DNA of 60,464 nt from positions 1,019,683-1,080,146 of the forward strand of contig NW_008246069.1 in NCBI RefSeq assembly GCF_000281045.1, written 5' to 3'. The notes beneath the pieces were generated by a model, which did no database searches, was not told the DNA's origin, and was given only the letters and a program-made list of their open reading frames with translations. Positions 1 to 11,969 of the stretch are shown here, piece after piece. Every line of letters starts with the position of its first letter. Within the stretch, counting starts at the first letter, position 1. The stretch is from Saprolegnia diclina VS20 (Eukaryota). Both the position numbers and the translations under genes were made by a program.

Positions 1-49
1 CCATACGACTCGATCGCAACAATCTCGCAGCACAACAATTAGGCAAAAG

Positions 50-68
50 CTCATTCTGTCTTTTCCCG
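50..68 (+). promoter_or_regulatory. Putative oomycete core promoter (INR followed by FPR-like element) upstream of the LPMO gene
   Basis: CTCATTCTGTCTTTTCC lies about 10-30 nt before ATG 79 and resembles the oomycete YCAYTYY initiator plus downstream flanking promoter region. Confidence 0.5.
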
Positions 69-78
69 CATACCCAAC

Positions 79-1240
79 ATGCAACTCGTCGTGTCGGTCG
101 TGCTCACACTGCTCTCGGCCGCCGCCGTGCGCGATACGATGGCTCACGGCCACTTGGTCGCGCCGCCCGTTCAGTTTGTCGATCCCAACAGCGACCCGAC
201 GCGCTTCTGTGCCACCCTCGACGGCCCATCATTGCTGCCTGGCGACACGTACAACAAGAGCCCCGGCGACAACACGGCCGCGTTCACAACGCACTTCAAG
301 GCCAGTCGCTTCAAGACTCTGAAAGACCTCATCGAGTCGCAGCCATCGGGCGGCGAGTGCGGCATCACCAAGCTCGACCCGTCCAAACCCCAAGCGCTCC
401 CGAGCGTCGTCCGATGGCGCCACGGCGACAACGAAGGCTTCACGCCGTCGCACGAAGTACTTGCTTTGTGTGGTGGTTAGCAGCGCCAACTGATCGGTGA
501 TTAGGGTCCGTGCGAGCTTTGGTGCGACAACACGCGCGTGTACGACAACGAAAACTGCGCCAAGAACATCGCCGATGGCTCGATGCCCATCGACACGGCC
601 AAGTGCGCGGGCGCCAAGACACTTCGGTTCTTCTGGCTCGCGCTGCACTCGTCGTCGTGGCAAGTCTACAGTACGTGACTACTCCTAGCCATATAGCGGA
701 ACGATGGGCTGATGGAAACGACTAGAAAACTGCGTGGCTCTGGATAGCGGTAGTGGTCCAGGTCCCAACCCTAGCCCGTCCAACAACCCGTCGCCATATC
801 CTAGCCCGTCGCCAAGTCCATCGTCGGATCAGCCCTCGCCCAAGCCTACACATTCGCCCAAGCCCACACATTCGCCCAAGCCCACACATTCGCCCAAGCC
901 GACACACGGCCCCAAGCCCACACACGGACCCAAGCCGACGCACGCACCGAGCCCGACGATGCACCCGACGCCAGGTCCGTCGAGTGACAAGGTCGCCTTG
1001 TACGGCCAATGCGGTGGGAAGGGCTATTCGGGTCCGACAGCGTGCGTTGCTGGTGCGCAGTGCGATGAGCTGAACCCGCACTACTTCCAGTGCCGGCCCA
1101 AGAGCGAGAAGGAAGGCACGGCGGCGGCGTACGGTCAATGCGGCGGCAAGTTTTACGCGGGCCCGACGCAGTGCGGCGACGGCTACGACTGCATCGAACG
1201 CAATGCGTACTACCATCAGTGCATGCCCCAAGATGCGTAG
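79..1240 (+). CDS. Secreted AA17-like lytic polysaccharide monooxygenase with Pro/Thr/Lys/His linker and two CBM1 modules (3 exons: 79-456, 505-670, 726-1240)
   Basis: Signal peptide followed by mature N-terminal His (MA|HGHLVAP). The spliced product reads [16 protein letters not shown]...[18 protein letters not shown], typical of oomycete AA17. (SPKPTH)n linker, then two QCGG.GY/FY.GPT.C...C...N.YY.QC CBM1 motifs. GT-AG introns at 457-504 and 671-725 preserve the frame. Confidence 0.88.
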
Positions 1241-1976
1241 ATCACTTGCTATTCACGTGTCTTCATGTTGTCGTACAGTATACCGCTGTTTCTCATCATA
1301 CATTATACCATTTCCACAAACAAGTGTTGCCACACGAAATCGCGGGTGCATTTGACAAAAAATTCGCGCCAGTCCTCGCGTGAGTAGTTCTTGAAGAGGT
1401 CCACTTCGTACAAAAATATATATCTACCAAGCTTTCGTTGCGTGTGCTACGACTTACTGTACTGTGCCGTCGGAGCCGTGGCTTTCCGACCATCACAATC
1501 TTTGTTGGCAGTTTGGCCCAAAGGAATAGTGATTCGCTTGGTTTGGTCACACGTGTCGACCTACAAGCCTAAGTGCCATCTGCGATTCACGCGTGGCAGC
1601 GTAGCAAAATCGGTATCGTCGCAACTGTAAATATGCAGCACGTGTACACCACGGGGCGTCCGGCGGGCGCGTCACCGCTTTCTTTGTCATTGGCGCATCA
1701 AGGACGACAATCTGCATGTAGAGGCGTCGGCGGTCAACACGAACAGGTCGCAATGATCCAACAAGATATTTTGTGGTGTCCACCACGGGATGGATCTCTC
1801 CGTGCGCAGCTCACTCCCAACGACCAAGTGCTGGTGCCAACTCCCACGCATTCAGGCGTAGCGCTACGTATGCGAAGTCTTTGTGTCATAATGAAGATAA
1901 CGCGGAACACGTTCATATATATATATAAGATATTTTCGACAACATTGTCTACTTGCAGCACATACAACACGCGCGC

Positions 1977-2742
1977 TTATTCAAGGAGGCAGCTGTCTTC
2001 GAGACGGGCGTACGCCATGACGGCAGCCGCCATGTCGCTGGCACGCAGCAGCGACACCATCGCCGCCGTAAAGCCCAAAGTGGCGTGCAGCGCACCAATG
2101 CGGTGGTCTTGGTCGCACATCGTGAGGCGCAGCACCAGTGGTACCTACGCAGCGCAGTGGCTCGCAGTCGAGACGTCAGTGACATCGTACCTGGAGCTCG
2201 CAATCGATGAGGCGCTGCACAAGGTACTCGTCGCGAAGCGTATGGGGAAATACGCGTGCGAGCGACGTGCGTGTGAGTCGGAGACTGACGCGGCCGACAC
2301 AGTGGACAACGTAGCCGTCGTCAACGCTGAGGCATTCCATGCTGTCGCAGATCATGTCAAAGCCTTCGAACGTCGCGGCGTACTGGCGCCACTGGTCAAA
2401 GTACGCGGCGTGGCCCATGCGGCCGTGGAACATGACCGACTCGTGCACGAGTCGACAGAGAGCGTCGTGCGTCATTGCATCGTTGCGGGCGAGGCCAAAC
2501 CGAGCGACGCTAAAGTACTCGCGCGCCACGAGGAGGCTCGAAAAATGGTCTAACGGCCGATGGATGCTGCTGGCGAGGGCGCGGTGCCGGCCTTCGAGGC
2601 GCAGCGTCTCAAGCGTGAGCTGTCGGACGTGGTCTTCGAGCGCGCGCGCCGCCGCAATCGCTTTGGCGCGGTACCGCCGCTGGCTGTCGCGGCACTGCTC
2701 TTGGCGCGTGGCCATGGCTGCTTTCCCTTCCTTGTCGGTCAT
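1977..2742 (-). CDS. Oomycete bZIP transcription factor, Cys-type basic region (2 exons: 2742-2191, 2144-1977)
   Basis: RQEQCRDSQRRYRAK basic region followed by the leucine zipper LEDHVRQLTLETLRL, and the C-terminal region typical of oomycete bZIPs (EYFSVARFG, QW..Y, TSLARVFPH). GT-AG intron 2190-2145 gives an in-frame C-terminus ending EDSCLLE*. Confidence 0.8.
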
Positions 2743-3764
2743 CGAACGAGATGTGTAAATGCTCGCAGCTGCGGCGTGACTGATTCCAGTCGCGTGGCGT
2801 GACATGTCTCCTGCAATGGTCGCACGTCGCTGCCACCCACGCGTTGACGGTTTCGTTTCGCAGTGATCACGATCTCGACTGCTATGCCGACCAGTCATCG
2901 TGTCTTGCCGCTCGTATCACTGCGCAGACGGTCGGTGGGACCAAGGACCTCTCTGAACGAAGAGGCAGGCGGCATCTGGGCGGACGAGGATGTGACTTAA
3001 CGTGGGCTGACGCCACTCGAGGATCGAGTGGGATGTGCTGTGATCACTTGCCACCCAAGCATAGAGGCTATTAACGTACAGCCCGCGACGGTCGTCGCTT
3101 GGCGTTTGTATGCAACCCGGTGCTTCAAGGTACCGCAACGAGTAGCGCCACAAGCAGATGCCTGGTGGTAATTCTTGGTATTCGTGTTGCTATTCTTCTA
3201 TAGAGCCGTGCAAGAATATATCCCGAAAGATTATGTGGCGTATTCCGGAGCTATTCCCGGCACCACCAACGACACGCAGCGCTGGGGTTGGTACAGCAGC
3301 TGCCTCGACGTGCCATCGTCATGTTACGGTACCGAGAGGCTACTTGATCTCGCACCCCAGAACAACAGCACTCAGGCAGCTGGATCCCACTAAACAGTGT
3401 TACGAATCAAGAACAATGCCGATACTAGCACCGTCACCACCCGCCAGCAGCAGTGTCAGCAGCGATCACTGCACCCACCCACTGGGGCCGTTTCCAAGAA
3501 GTGGACGAGGTTTTCCGCGCAAGTCCGAGCGATCTAGAAGACCAAGATCCAAAAGCAAACACAAGATCCAAGATCCAAGATCCAGGCGCAGAGCAAGCGG
3601 GGTCAAGTCATTTCCAAATTGGTAGTCAAATAGCTAGCCTGCCTCTCCCACAACTGGCACGGCGGACACCAACACGGTTATTGCCCCCAAGTACTAGTTC
3701 GGACTTGATTTGAGGAACAATGTTGGCAGTAGAAATATACACAATTGAGATGTTATCGAGTGGT

Positions 3765-5355
3765 TTAATCCCACGCCGAATCGCCGCCCATCCCCACGTC
3801 CGTCGACGCGGCAAGCGTCGCCATGTCGATGGGGGCCTTGGTCGCCTTGGACTTTTTCATCTGGACGACGCCCAGCGCACCACTCTCCTTGATCTATCGA
3901 AATACACAATGCTATAACACCCGCATTTGCACGCGAGTGACGTACGAATTTGACGCGCTCCTTCTTCTTCTTGCCACGGATAGACTTGTCGTCGACGGGT
4001 TTCTCCTCGGTCGGACGCAAGTCTTCCTTGGCGACCTTGGCCTTGGCGGGCTGGTCCGCCTCGTCGACCCTCTTGGCCTTCTTTTCTTTCTTGGCCTTCT
4101 TCGCCGGCTCCTCGAGAGCCGCCTCGACAGGTGTCTCGTCCGTCTTCTCAGCCTTCTCAGCCTTTTTGGCCTTTTTGGCCTTCTTGTCGGACTTGGCCTT
4201 TTCGTCGGCCTCGAGCTTGCGCTTCTTGCGCTCCTCCGGGTCGGGCTTGGGCGGCGCGACGTAGCTACGAGACACAATTAGATACTTGACTCGGATGGAA
4301 AATATGTCGCTAGTCCTACCCGTGGGTCCGCTTCTCGAGCACGCGGTGGCCGTCGCGGATGATGAGCGCTTCAAAGATTCGCTTCATCTTAAAGTTGTAC
4401 AACTTGTTCTTTTTGTCGGCAGCCTTCTTTTCTAAAAGAGACGATACATCGGGCTCTTGATCTTGACATTGTCGTCGTACCGGCCTCATCCTCGGTCGTG
4501 GCGGCTTCGGCGGCGACGCCGCAGAGCGGGTTGCCCTTGAGGTTGAGCTGCTTGAGCTGCTTCAAGCTGCCGAGGTTCTCGAGCCCGTCCCACGTGTCGA
4601 TCGCATTATGGCATGCATCGAGGATCTTGAGGTTGCCTAAGGAGGTTCATCAGACAATGTGTTTGTATTTGTCATTGGACTATCATACGGTTGTTGGCGA
4701 GAGTCGCGGGCAGCGCGGTGAGCCGGTTGTTGGAGATGCGGAGTTCCGAGAGGTCGGCGAGGGCCGCCATATCCGGCAGCGCCTTGAGCTTGTTGTGCGA
4801 GCTACAGAGGATCGATGAGAGTGTATCGACGAGCCTGGAGCTCGCGTACATGGAAATCTTGACAAGATTTTTGACTTTGCCGAGGGCCTTTTCGCTGATT
4901 TCGCCGATCCGGTTTTGGCTCACAATGAGCGACGTCAATTGCGGCATGGACGGCAGCCAATCGAGCGACGTGATCGCGTTTTTGGTGAGCACGAGCGCCT
5001 TGAGCTGCGTGCAGTGGCGGAGGCTCGAGCCCGGCAGCCGCGACAGCTTGTTGTCGCTGAGGTCAAGCGTCACGAGGGCCTTGCAGTAACTCAAGTCGGC
5101 GACACCGCTGTCCGTGAGAAGGTTGGACGTGATCTTGAGCTGCGTCAGCGTCATCGCCATCGAGAAGCTAAAGCGCGTGAGTTTGTTGTGCGAGAGGTCG
5201 AGCTTCTTGGCCGAGAGACCATCGCATGCGTGCGCGTCCATGGTCTCGACGCCGCGGTGCGTGAGGTCCAGGACTGCCTTGCCACCGAGCACCTCGTCCA
5301 CCTTGCTCTTGGTGAGCTTCTTGATCTTGGGCTTCTCCGTCGGCGGCGCACTCAT
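3765..5355 (-). CDS. Leucine-rich repeat protein (SDS22-like LRRs) with Lys/Glu-rich C-terminal tail; multi-exon
   Basis: Repeated LxxLxLSxNxL motifs (LDLSHNKLT, LDLSDNKLS, LVLTKNAIT, LRISNNRLT, LNLKGNP). Downstream exons encode a Lys-rich region ending ...GMGGDSAWD* at 3765. Confidence 0.78.
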
Positions 5356-6217
5356 GCTGCTCCTTGTTTGGATCCGAGAAAGTGCAATCTCGGGCACCAA
5401 TCGATGCATCCGCTTGCAAAATAAACTTAACGGCGAAATCGACCTTGAAATCGAACTTTATACGGAAAGCAACTTACGACGCAATCTCATGTCGGCACTA
5501 TTTCAATGCTCGGGCTACTAGCACCATGGGTACATAATAGTTACCCCTGACTAGCCCTGGGCTACTAGTACCGTCCCAACCTTAGTCCCAACGACGACCT
5601 ATTCCCTCCACCAAATTGTCATTCAATTGACCCGGCGGGGTCTCTCGTTTAACGAGCTTCCCACGCCCAGCATCCATCCGAGTCGGTACAAAGCGACTCG
5701 TGCATAGTACAAGGAAAGGAATCGAATGGGATTCATACGAACTTGATCGTGGCTGGCTACCCATAGGGAGTGTGAAATGGACCCAAGGTTATCTCAGTTC
5801 TTGGACCTCGTCAAGCGATGATGCGACGACGCCAAAGAATGGCCGGGGCCAAACACCGTCGAATCAAACAAACCTCCGACGTCCAGACCAGCTTCTTCTT
5901 GCGGTACAAGTATAAAAGCTACAGCCAGCGCCCCCCATTCCACTTCATCGGTAACGTCATAAGAGAAGAAAGCAGGACCTTGACAACGACGAGCGTCGTT
6001 GTTCCTCGATTTTGATACAAAACAAAAGAATCCGCGGCTTGGGACCGAATCTTTGGCGGTTTGTTGAACTCGCAGAGAGATGCACCGACGGACCAATCAA
6101 ATGCATTTTGTCCCAATTCACCACCAATCAAATGCGTGAATTCCTTTCGAGTGGGTTGCTGCTGTCATACGCTGCCACGGGACATGAGTTTGACGTCATT
6201 TCCCAAGACACCGCGCC

Positions 6218-6745
6218 ATGCTTCGAAGGTTCTCCAAGTCCAACGCGAGCGCGACGAGCCGAACGAGCAACAGCGACCGCTGGAACACCGACGCGGACGA
6301 CGATGAGCGCATTAGCACCGACTTTGTGCCCCTGACCGACGACGACGAAGCTACAGCGATCGGCGACATCCCAGTCATGCAGCGTCAGGTGTCCTCCATG
6401 CCGATGCTCGAGCGGGACGACTCGTCGATTCCGTATTTCAACCGCCAGGCCTCATCGTCGGTGGTCGCCCACGAAATGACTGAGCCCGGCCAAATGTACC
6501 GGCACTCGGAGCCCGCCTTTTCATCGACGACCTCCATCCCCCAGTGGAGCAATTCAACTCGACCCAGAGTCGTGACGACCGGACCAGACCTCCTCGCTCT
6601 CAGTGCAGCCTTTGGCGAGCGCTCAACTGCACCAACTAAAGCGTCCGAGGCCATGCTGAGCTTGCACGAAGCGTCCGCCAATGCCACCAGTCGACCAGGC
6701 GACCTTGTCATTCCGTACAAACCACTGCGCAAGCGCGTAGCCTAA
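6218..6745 (+). CDS. Hypothetical Ser/Thr-rich disordered protein (paralog A)
   Basis: 175-aa ORF with coding-like codon usage; shares PRVxTTGP and VIxYxPLR motifs with the next ORF. Confidence 0.55.
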   Translation: MLRRFSKSNASATSRTSNSDRWNTDADDDERISTDFVPLTDDDEATAIGDIPVMQRQVSSMPMLERDDSSIPYFNRQASSSVVAHEMTEPGQMYRHSEPAFSSTTSIPQWSNSTRPRVVTTGPDLLALSAAFGERSTAPTKASEAMLSLHEASANATSRPGDLVIPYKPLRKRVA

Positions 6746-6889
6746 TTCGTTTGACATGCATATAACTTAATAACTTTGCAAGAAGTGAGTCGTCGCGGCC
6801 CAAGTTCTCGTAGTACCGCGCACACCGGCAGGGTTTTGATTTTGGCCAATGGCCATGTCAAATCGATGCCATTGGCGCATAATCCACCA

Positions 6890-7345
6890 ATGGCATCGAC
6901 CCAAAGCAATCTTGAAACGATTTTGAACGCGGCAACGGGCAGCATGCACCGCGAGGCCAAAGTCCACTGCCGAGACGAGCACCATGTAGCAGACAACACG
7001 ACCAATGCGACGGGCCCCGGAAGGCCCACCTCGCACGAGTGCAACCGCGTGGCACCAGAAACCAATGTCGTTTTCGGGCCGTCGACCACGCATCTCGACA
7101 TCCCCGATGCAACCTTAGATCGACACGAGCAAGGCACCACGCCAGCGGGAAGCGTACCGTTGCCACTGCTGCCAATGCCCCGCGTGTTCACCACCGGACC
7201 GGAGCGCATTGATTTTACTTCGACACCGAAGGAGCGTCCAGCTGGAAGCGAACCACAGCCGCCGACATCTACCCACAGTCCCGTCATTACCTACCAACCG
7301 CTGCGCCGCGCCACGACCCGCGAGCTTGAGGGCTTCACGTCATGA
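6890..7345 (+). CDS. Hypothetical Pro/Thr-rich disordered protein (paralog B)
   Basis: ORF from ATG 6890 (MASTQSNLETIL...); shares two motifs with 6218-6745. Start codon uncertain. Confidence 0.5.
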   Translation: MASTQSNLETILNAATGSMHREAKVHCRDEHHVADNTTNATGPGRPTSHECNRVAPETNVVFGPSTTHLDIPDATLDRHEQGTTPAGSVPLPLLPMPRVFTTGPERIDFTSTPKERPAGSEPQPPTSTHSPVITYQPLRRATTRELEGFTS

Positions 7346-7500
7346 CATAGTATCCTGCTGGGCCAAAAGCTCTGTCCAAGGTGCCGGCATCGGTCGTCTG
7401 CCCAATGACCACGTCTTTCTTCCGTCGATCAAGCAAGCACGTGCAGCATGTAGTGTATTTAAATGGTAGGATGATGATGTTGATAGATCGCAAGCGTCGA

Positions 7501-8975
7501 TTACGGGGCAGTGCCATAGAACTTGAGTTGGCAGTCCTCGCCACCTACACCACATTCCTCGCGTTAAAACGGCACGAGACATCGAGGGCGTACCGCTCAC
7601 AAACGCCGGCTTGTCGGCCGCGATCCACGCCACGTCGAGGGCCTTGCCCGTGTGGGCAGCGAGCGTAAAGAGAGGGATCGAGCTGCGCGAGTCCCAGACC
7701 TTGACAGTGCCGTCGTAGCCGGCCGACACAAACTGCGTCTCGGACGCCCATTCGACCGCGCTCACCCACATCTTGTGCGACTGGAACGTCTTCTGCACCA
7801 GCGTCGTGCCGGCCTTGGCCGCGCGCGGGTCCCAGAGTCGGATCGCAGTGTCCGGGTGCGCCGTAAGGACCATGCCGTCCTTGTTGACGCTCATGTCCGA
7901 GATAGTGCTCGAGCCCGACTAGATCACATTTGCTGAGTTGGAGACACCGTAAACATGCAAAAGCATTATAGGTACCATGGTCTGCTTGCACATTTGGAGC
8001 GAGAGATCCCAGAGCTTGATCGAACGGTCCATGGCCGCCGAGTACGCCGCGTGCGACTCGGTCGGGTGGAACGCGACGGCCACGACGCTCGCCGTGTGGC
8101 CCGGCAGCACGAGCGTCGCCTCGGCCGTCACAAGGCTCGTCTTGGTGCCCTTGGCCGTCTTTTGCTTCTTCGTGCTCGTGTCCGTCTCGTCCGCCGTCGC
8201 CGACCACACGCGCACCGTGTTGTCCCACGACCCCGAGAGCACCTAGCAGTACGATGAGCTTCCAAGGAACGGACACAACAAGCCTACAAACTCGGCTTCG
8301 GCGTCAATCGCGACCGTGTCGACACTGTTGAGGTGGCCGACGCCGACGCTGATTGCCGTGAGCGTGTTGCCCGAGAGCTTCCACGTCTTGAGCGTCTGGT
8401 CCTTGCTGCCCGTGACAATGAGGTCGCCGTGCATCGCCACCGTCTTGATGACGCTGTCGTGCGCTACAGACCATGCGCTGAGCACGCGCTATCTGCAAAG
8501 TGCAAACTGCATACCTTTGGCCTGGGCGACCGGCGCGCCCGCGAGCGTGAAGACGCGGAGGACGCCGTCGTAGCAGCCTGTCGCGACGAAGGCGCCGCTC
8601 GTGGCCACGGCGCTGATCCAGTCCGGGTGGTTCTGGCTCGACTTGGCTTCCGGCTCGAGGTGCGCCTCGACGTACTCGAGCTCGAGGACCGCTTCGTCGT
8701 TCAGGTTGTGCTGGACCACGTACTTTTCAAGCGACGTGCGCAGAAAGTTGTCGTCAATGAGGAAGTCAAACGGCTTGGGCTCGGCCGTGTTGAGCAGGTG
8801 GTTGACGACCTGCGAGAGGCCGGCGCGGGCGAGCTTGATGGGCACCGCGAACGGCGTCTCCGTCACGCGGATCTCCGGGTTCTTGGTCACAAACTTGACA
8901 CGGATCTACGTGGCGTGCGCTGAGAGCGACCGGCGAGGCCATGGCCACGCGTACCTGGGCGCCTTCGTCTTGCAT
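7501..8975 (-). CDS. WDR12: Ribosome biogenesis protein WDR12/YTM1 (NLE domain + WD40); multi-exon
   Basis: NLE domain (VTETPFAVPIKLARAGLSQVVNHLL...PFDFLIDDNFLRTSL...LELEYVEA) followed by HPDWISAV, TGCYDG, SGSWDNTVRVW, HKMWVSAVEW, SAGYDGTVKVWDSRS and SGGEDCQLKFY WD repeats. Confidence 0.92.
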
Positions 8976-9743
8976 CGGTATCCGCAGCGGAAAAATGGTT
9001 GGTGGAATTTTTCAAAGACCAATCATGTTGCACACTTGAATGGTGTATGACACACTATTTCAAATGCAAGACAACAAAAATAGAATGCCGCATTCTGCGC
9101 CAGTAACGATCAAATAGTGTGCATAAAAAGTATCAAGTCGATCTTTGGCTGCGTGTCTCCCACCGACAATAACCACCTCTCACAGTCCCATGGGGCGTAG
9201 TCTTGCCGACAGCGCTCTCGGGCTACCTCTGCTCGACGCCCATGACGGCCTCCAACAAGCACCGAACCGCGTTCCGCTACCTCTGGCCAGTGCTCCGCGC
9301 CTGCGTCTGGTTCAACGTCAAGCGAGTCCGGCACGATCGCGTCTTTCGCGCCGACCTACCACTGCCAAGTTAGCGATTGCCGCCAAGGCGGTGCGTGTCG
9401 CTCAATGCACTTGCGTCACAGCCTCGTTCACGAGCCCGAGCAGCCTGCTCGTCGTCGGCTTCTCCGGTTCGTCGCCCAACACGAGTGGCCGCGCCAGCAC
9501 TTTGGCCCGCGGATCGCGCTTCTGCCTCCGCCAGCTTAGATCAAGGTCCTCCACCGAGTGTGCTACATCGAAGAAAGTCCGACATTTTTATTTAGCATTT
9601 TTCCATCGGAATAGATAACCCATTTCAACCACCACCTCGACGACACTGCGTACTGGACACGGTCGATGGATCGATGAATCGACGGCATGTAGCGAAGCAC
9701 ATACGCGCAGTTGGTCGCATTGCTGGGTTTAGTCGAGGTTTAG

Positions 9744-11595
9744 TCAATCGGACGCGTACAGGGACACAATGTGCTTGTGGGCCACGAGAATCGACTGCGA
9801 CGGTGTTACAAGGATCGAGTCGCCGTCGTACTCCATGCTGCCACGACTAAAGACGGCGCCCGACTGCGTGCAGTACAATGTCAGAGTCTTCTCCAAGCAC
9901 ACAGCAATGTAGCCGCCCGCGACAAATTCGGGGTTGAAGAGGCGCGTGGTCGTCGGCACGGCAAACGTCTGCACGGGCGCCTTGGGCTGCCGCGTGTCGA
10001 CGAGGAAGAGTTGTCCGTCAAAGCCCGAGGTGAGGAGCTGCGTTTCTCGCTGTGGGTGCCACCGAACACTAAATTCGCATCATGGTATCAGATCCCAGTT
10101 TCTAGTCCTCGCACGGAGTACTACCAGTTGACGGCCTGCGTGTGGAGCTCGGCGAGAGCGAGCGGCGCAGCTGCAGGCGACCGCGTATCGCGAATGTACA
10201 CGGCGCGGTCGTTGCCACAAGATGCAAAGACATTCCGGTCGTGACGGGCAAGCCGGACGCATTTGACGACCCCTGCATGGTCTTGATACGTGGCTTCCCT
10301 AAAAAACAGCAATTTTGAGGAAAAATGGTATCCAGAATGGCTCAACGTACGTTTGAACGATGCCCGCAGGCGTCAACCGACTCAACACGACTGATTGGTC
10401 TTTGGAACTCGTGACGAGTCGTGCGTCGACTTGGCTATCGTGCGATAGGTCGAGGCTGAAGATGCCGCTTCGGTGCAACTCGTTGGTGGCAGTGACCTCC
10501 TTGGGGCACCCGTCGTTGCTATTCGTTTGGTGGAGGTCCCAGACTTTGACGTACGAGTCATTGGACGCGGTCACCAATAGCGAGGCCGACGCCGTCGCGA
10601 AGAGCCGAACGCTCGACACCCACCCACCGTGGGCGCGGAACGACTGCAACGGCGCGGCACCGGACGCGACGACGTCGGCACCGTAGACAGACACGAAGCC
10701 GAGGTGCCCACCGGTTGCGAGAAGGCCCGGTGTGCTCATGTCCATTGAGTAAATCTTCTTGAGATGTGCGTCCATGCGGTCGTGCGCCGCCACTGTCTGA
10801 AAGACCAGGGTCGCGGTCGATGATGCCGACGCGTCACCTTGCCGTGCCGCGTTCGGTGCTAGCGAACACATGTACTTGTGCACGCTCGAGTCTTCGTACG
10901 TGGCCTGTGGCGACGGCGGCGGCGACGGCGACGGCTCATTGACGGACGACGCCCCCGGCAGCGTGCGACGGCGCAGTGCGTACGTTCGCGTTGGTAGCGC
11001 GGGAGCCGTTGGCGGTCGCTTGCGCGCCGGCTTGGCTGGCACCACCTTGGCGGCGTCGCGAAGGCTCGTCTTGGTCGAGGCGAGACCGAGCGTCGCGAGG
11101 TAGGCGGCGTTTTGCTGCATCTTGAGAAGTCGCTGCTTCTCGTACGCGCACACGGCGCTGTGGTTCCTTGTTGCCACCTGCATATAGTGTTGCTGTACAG
11201 GCGAGAGGATCGAGAGGGCATTGGGGTGTTACCTGTGGAGCGGAATCTAACGTCGCCGTCTCGTCGTCCTCGCTGTAGTCGGCATCGTCGCTGTCGCCCG
11301 ACGTGGTCGACGAAGCCGATGCTTCGGACGAAACGTCACTGGGTAGCTCGGCAAGCTCGGCTCGTGAAGCTCGCTTGGCCTTGGCCATGGGCGAAGGCTG
11401 CAATGGTAGCTTGGCGCTGGCCTTGCTTGTCGTCATGCCTCTTTTGCCTCGCGGCGCAGCCAAAGCCGCTTGGGACGCAGCGCTGCGAAGTCGCTCTGCA
11501 AGGACTGCATGGTTCGCCGGTGTGGGCTTTGGTGCAGACAAGGTGCGCAAGCGAATCGGCGGCTTGGCCTTGGCGACGTCGCCGGTGGTGTTCAT
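9744..11595 (-). CDS. WD40-repeat protein, WDR76/CMR1-like; multi-exon (start uncertain)
   Basis: Low-complexity N-terminus, then the YEKQRLLKMQQNAAYLATLGL helix resembling WDR76/Cmr1 N-termini. WD repeats AHGGWVSSVR, TASNDSYVKVWD, HRSGIFSLD, SCGNDRAVYIRD and TSGFDGQLFLVD. Confidence 0.7.
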
Positions 11596-11969
11596 GTTCC
11601 TCAAGGCAAAAATATAGTCTAAAACCACACCACTCCACAGCCTAAAACCACGCAGGCGCGCGCTTATGCCATGCATAATGGCGTGCATTTAGTCGTTGTG
11701 TTGGCCAATGAGCGAGGGTTCCCGGGAAATTAAAAACACAATGACGAGATTAAAATTATTTTCGCGGAGACTCAAGCTTGCAACCTATGGCGAATTCTTG
11801 AAAACAATTAAAATGCCATTCGAACAATTGTTTTATTCTACTTCGCGGAACATATCTTGACGTTTGTATGCTGAATCGACACCCGATTTAAAATAAACTC
11901 CCTCCGAAACGACTACGATCGACTAACTAACGACCGAGCCATATCTTTCACAACATCGATTTCCGCAGG

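Noticed and set aside
3158..3600. Short ORFs and (CAAGATC)n microrepeat between the bZIP and LRR genes
   Set aside because: No coherent gene model; the repeat is too short to be informative.
9110..9590. Possible small two-exon minus-strand gene (intron-like GT...GCTAAC...TAG)
   Set aside because: No in-frame start codon found and no recognisable homology.
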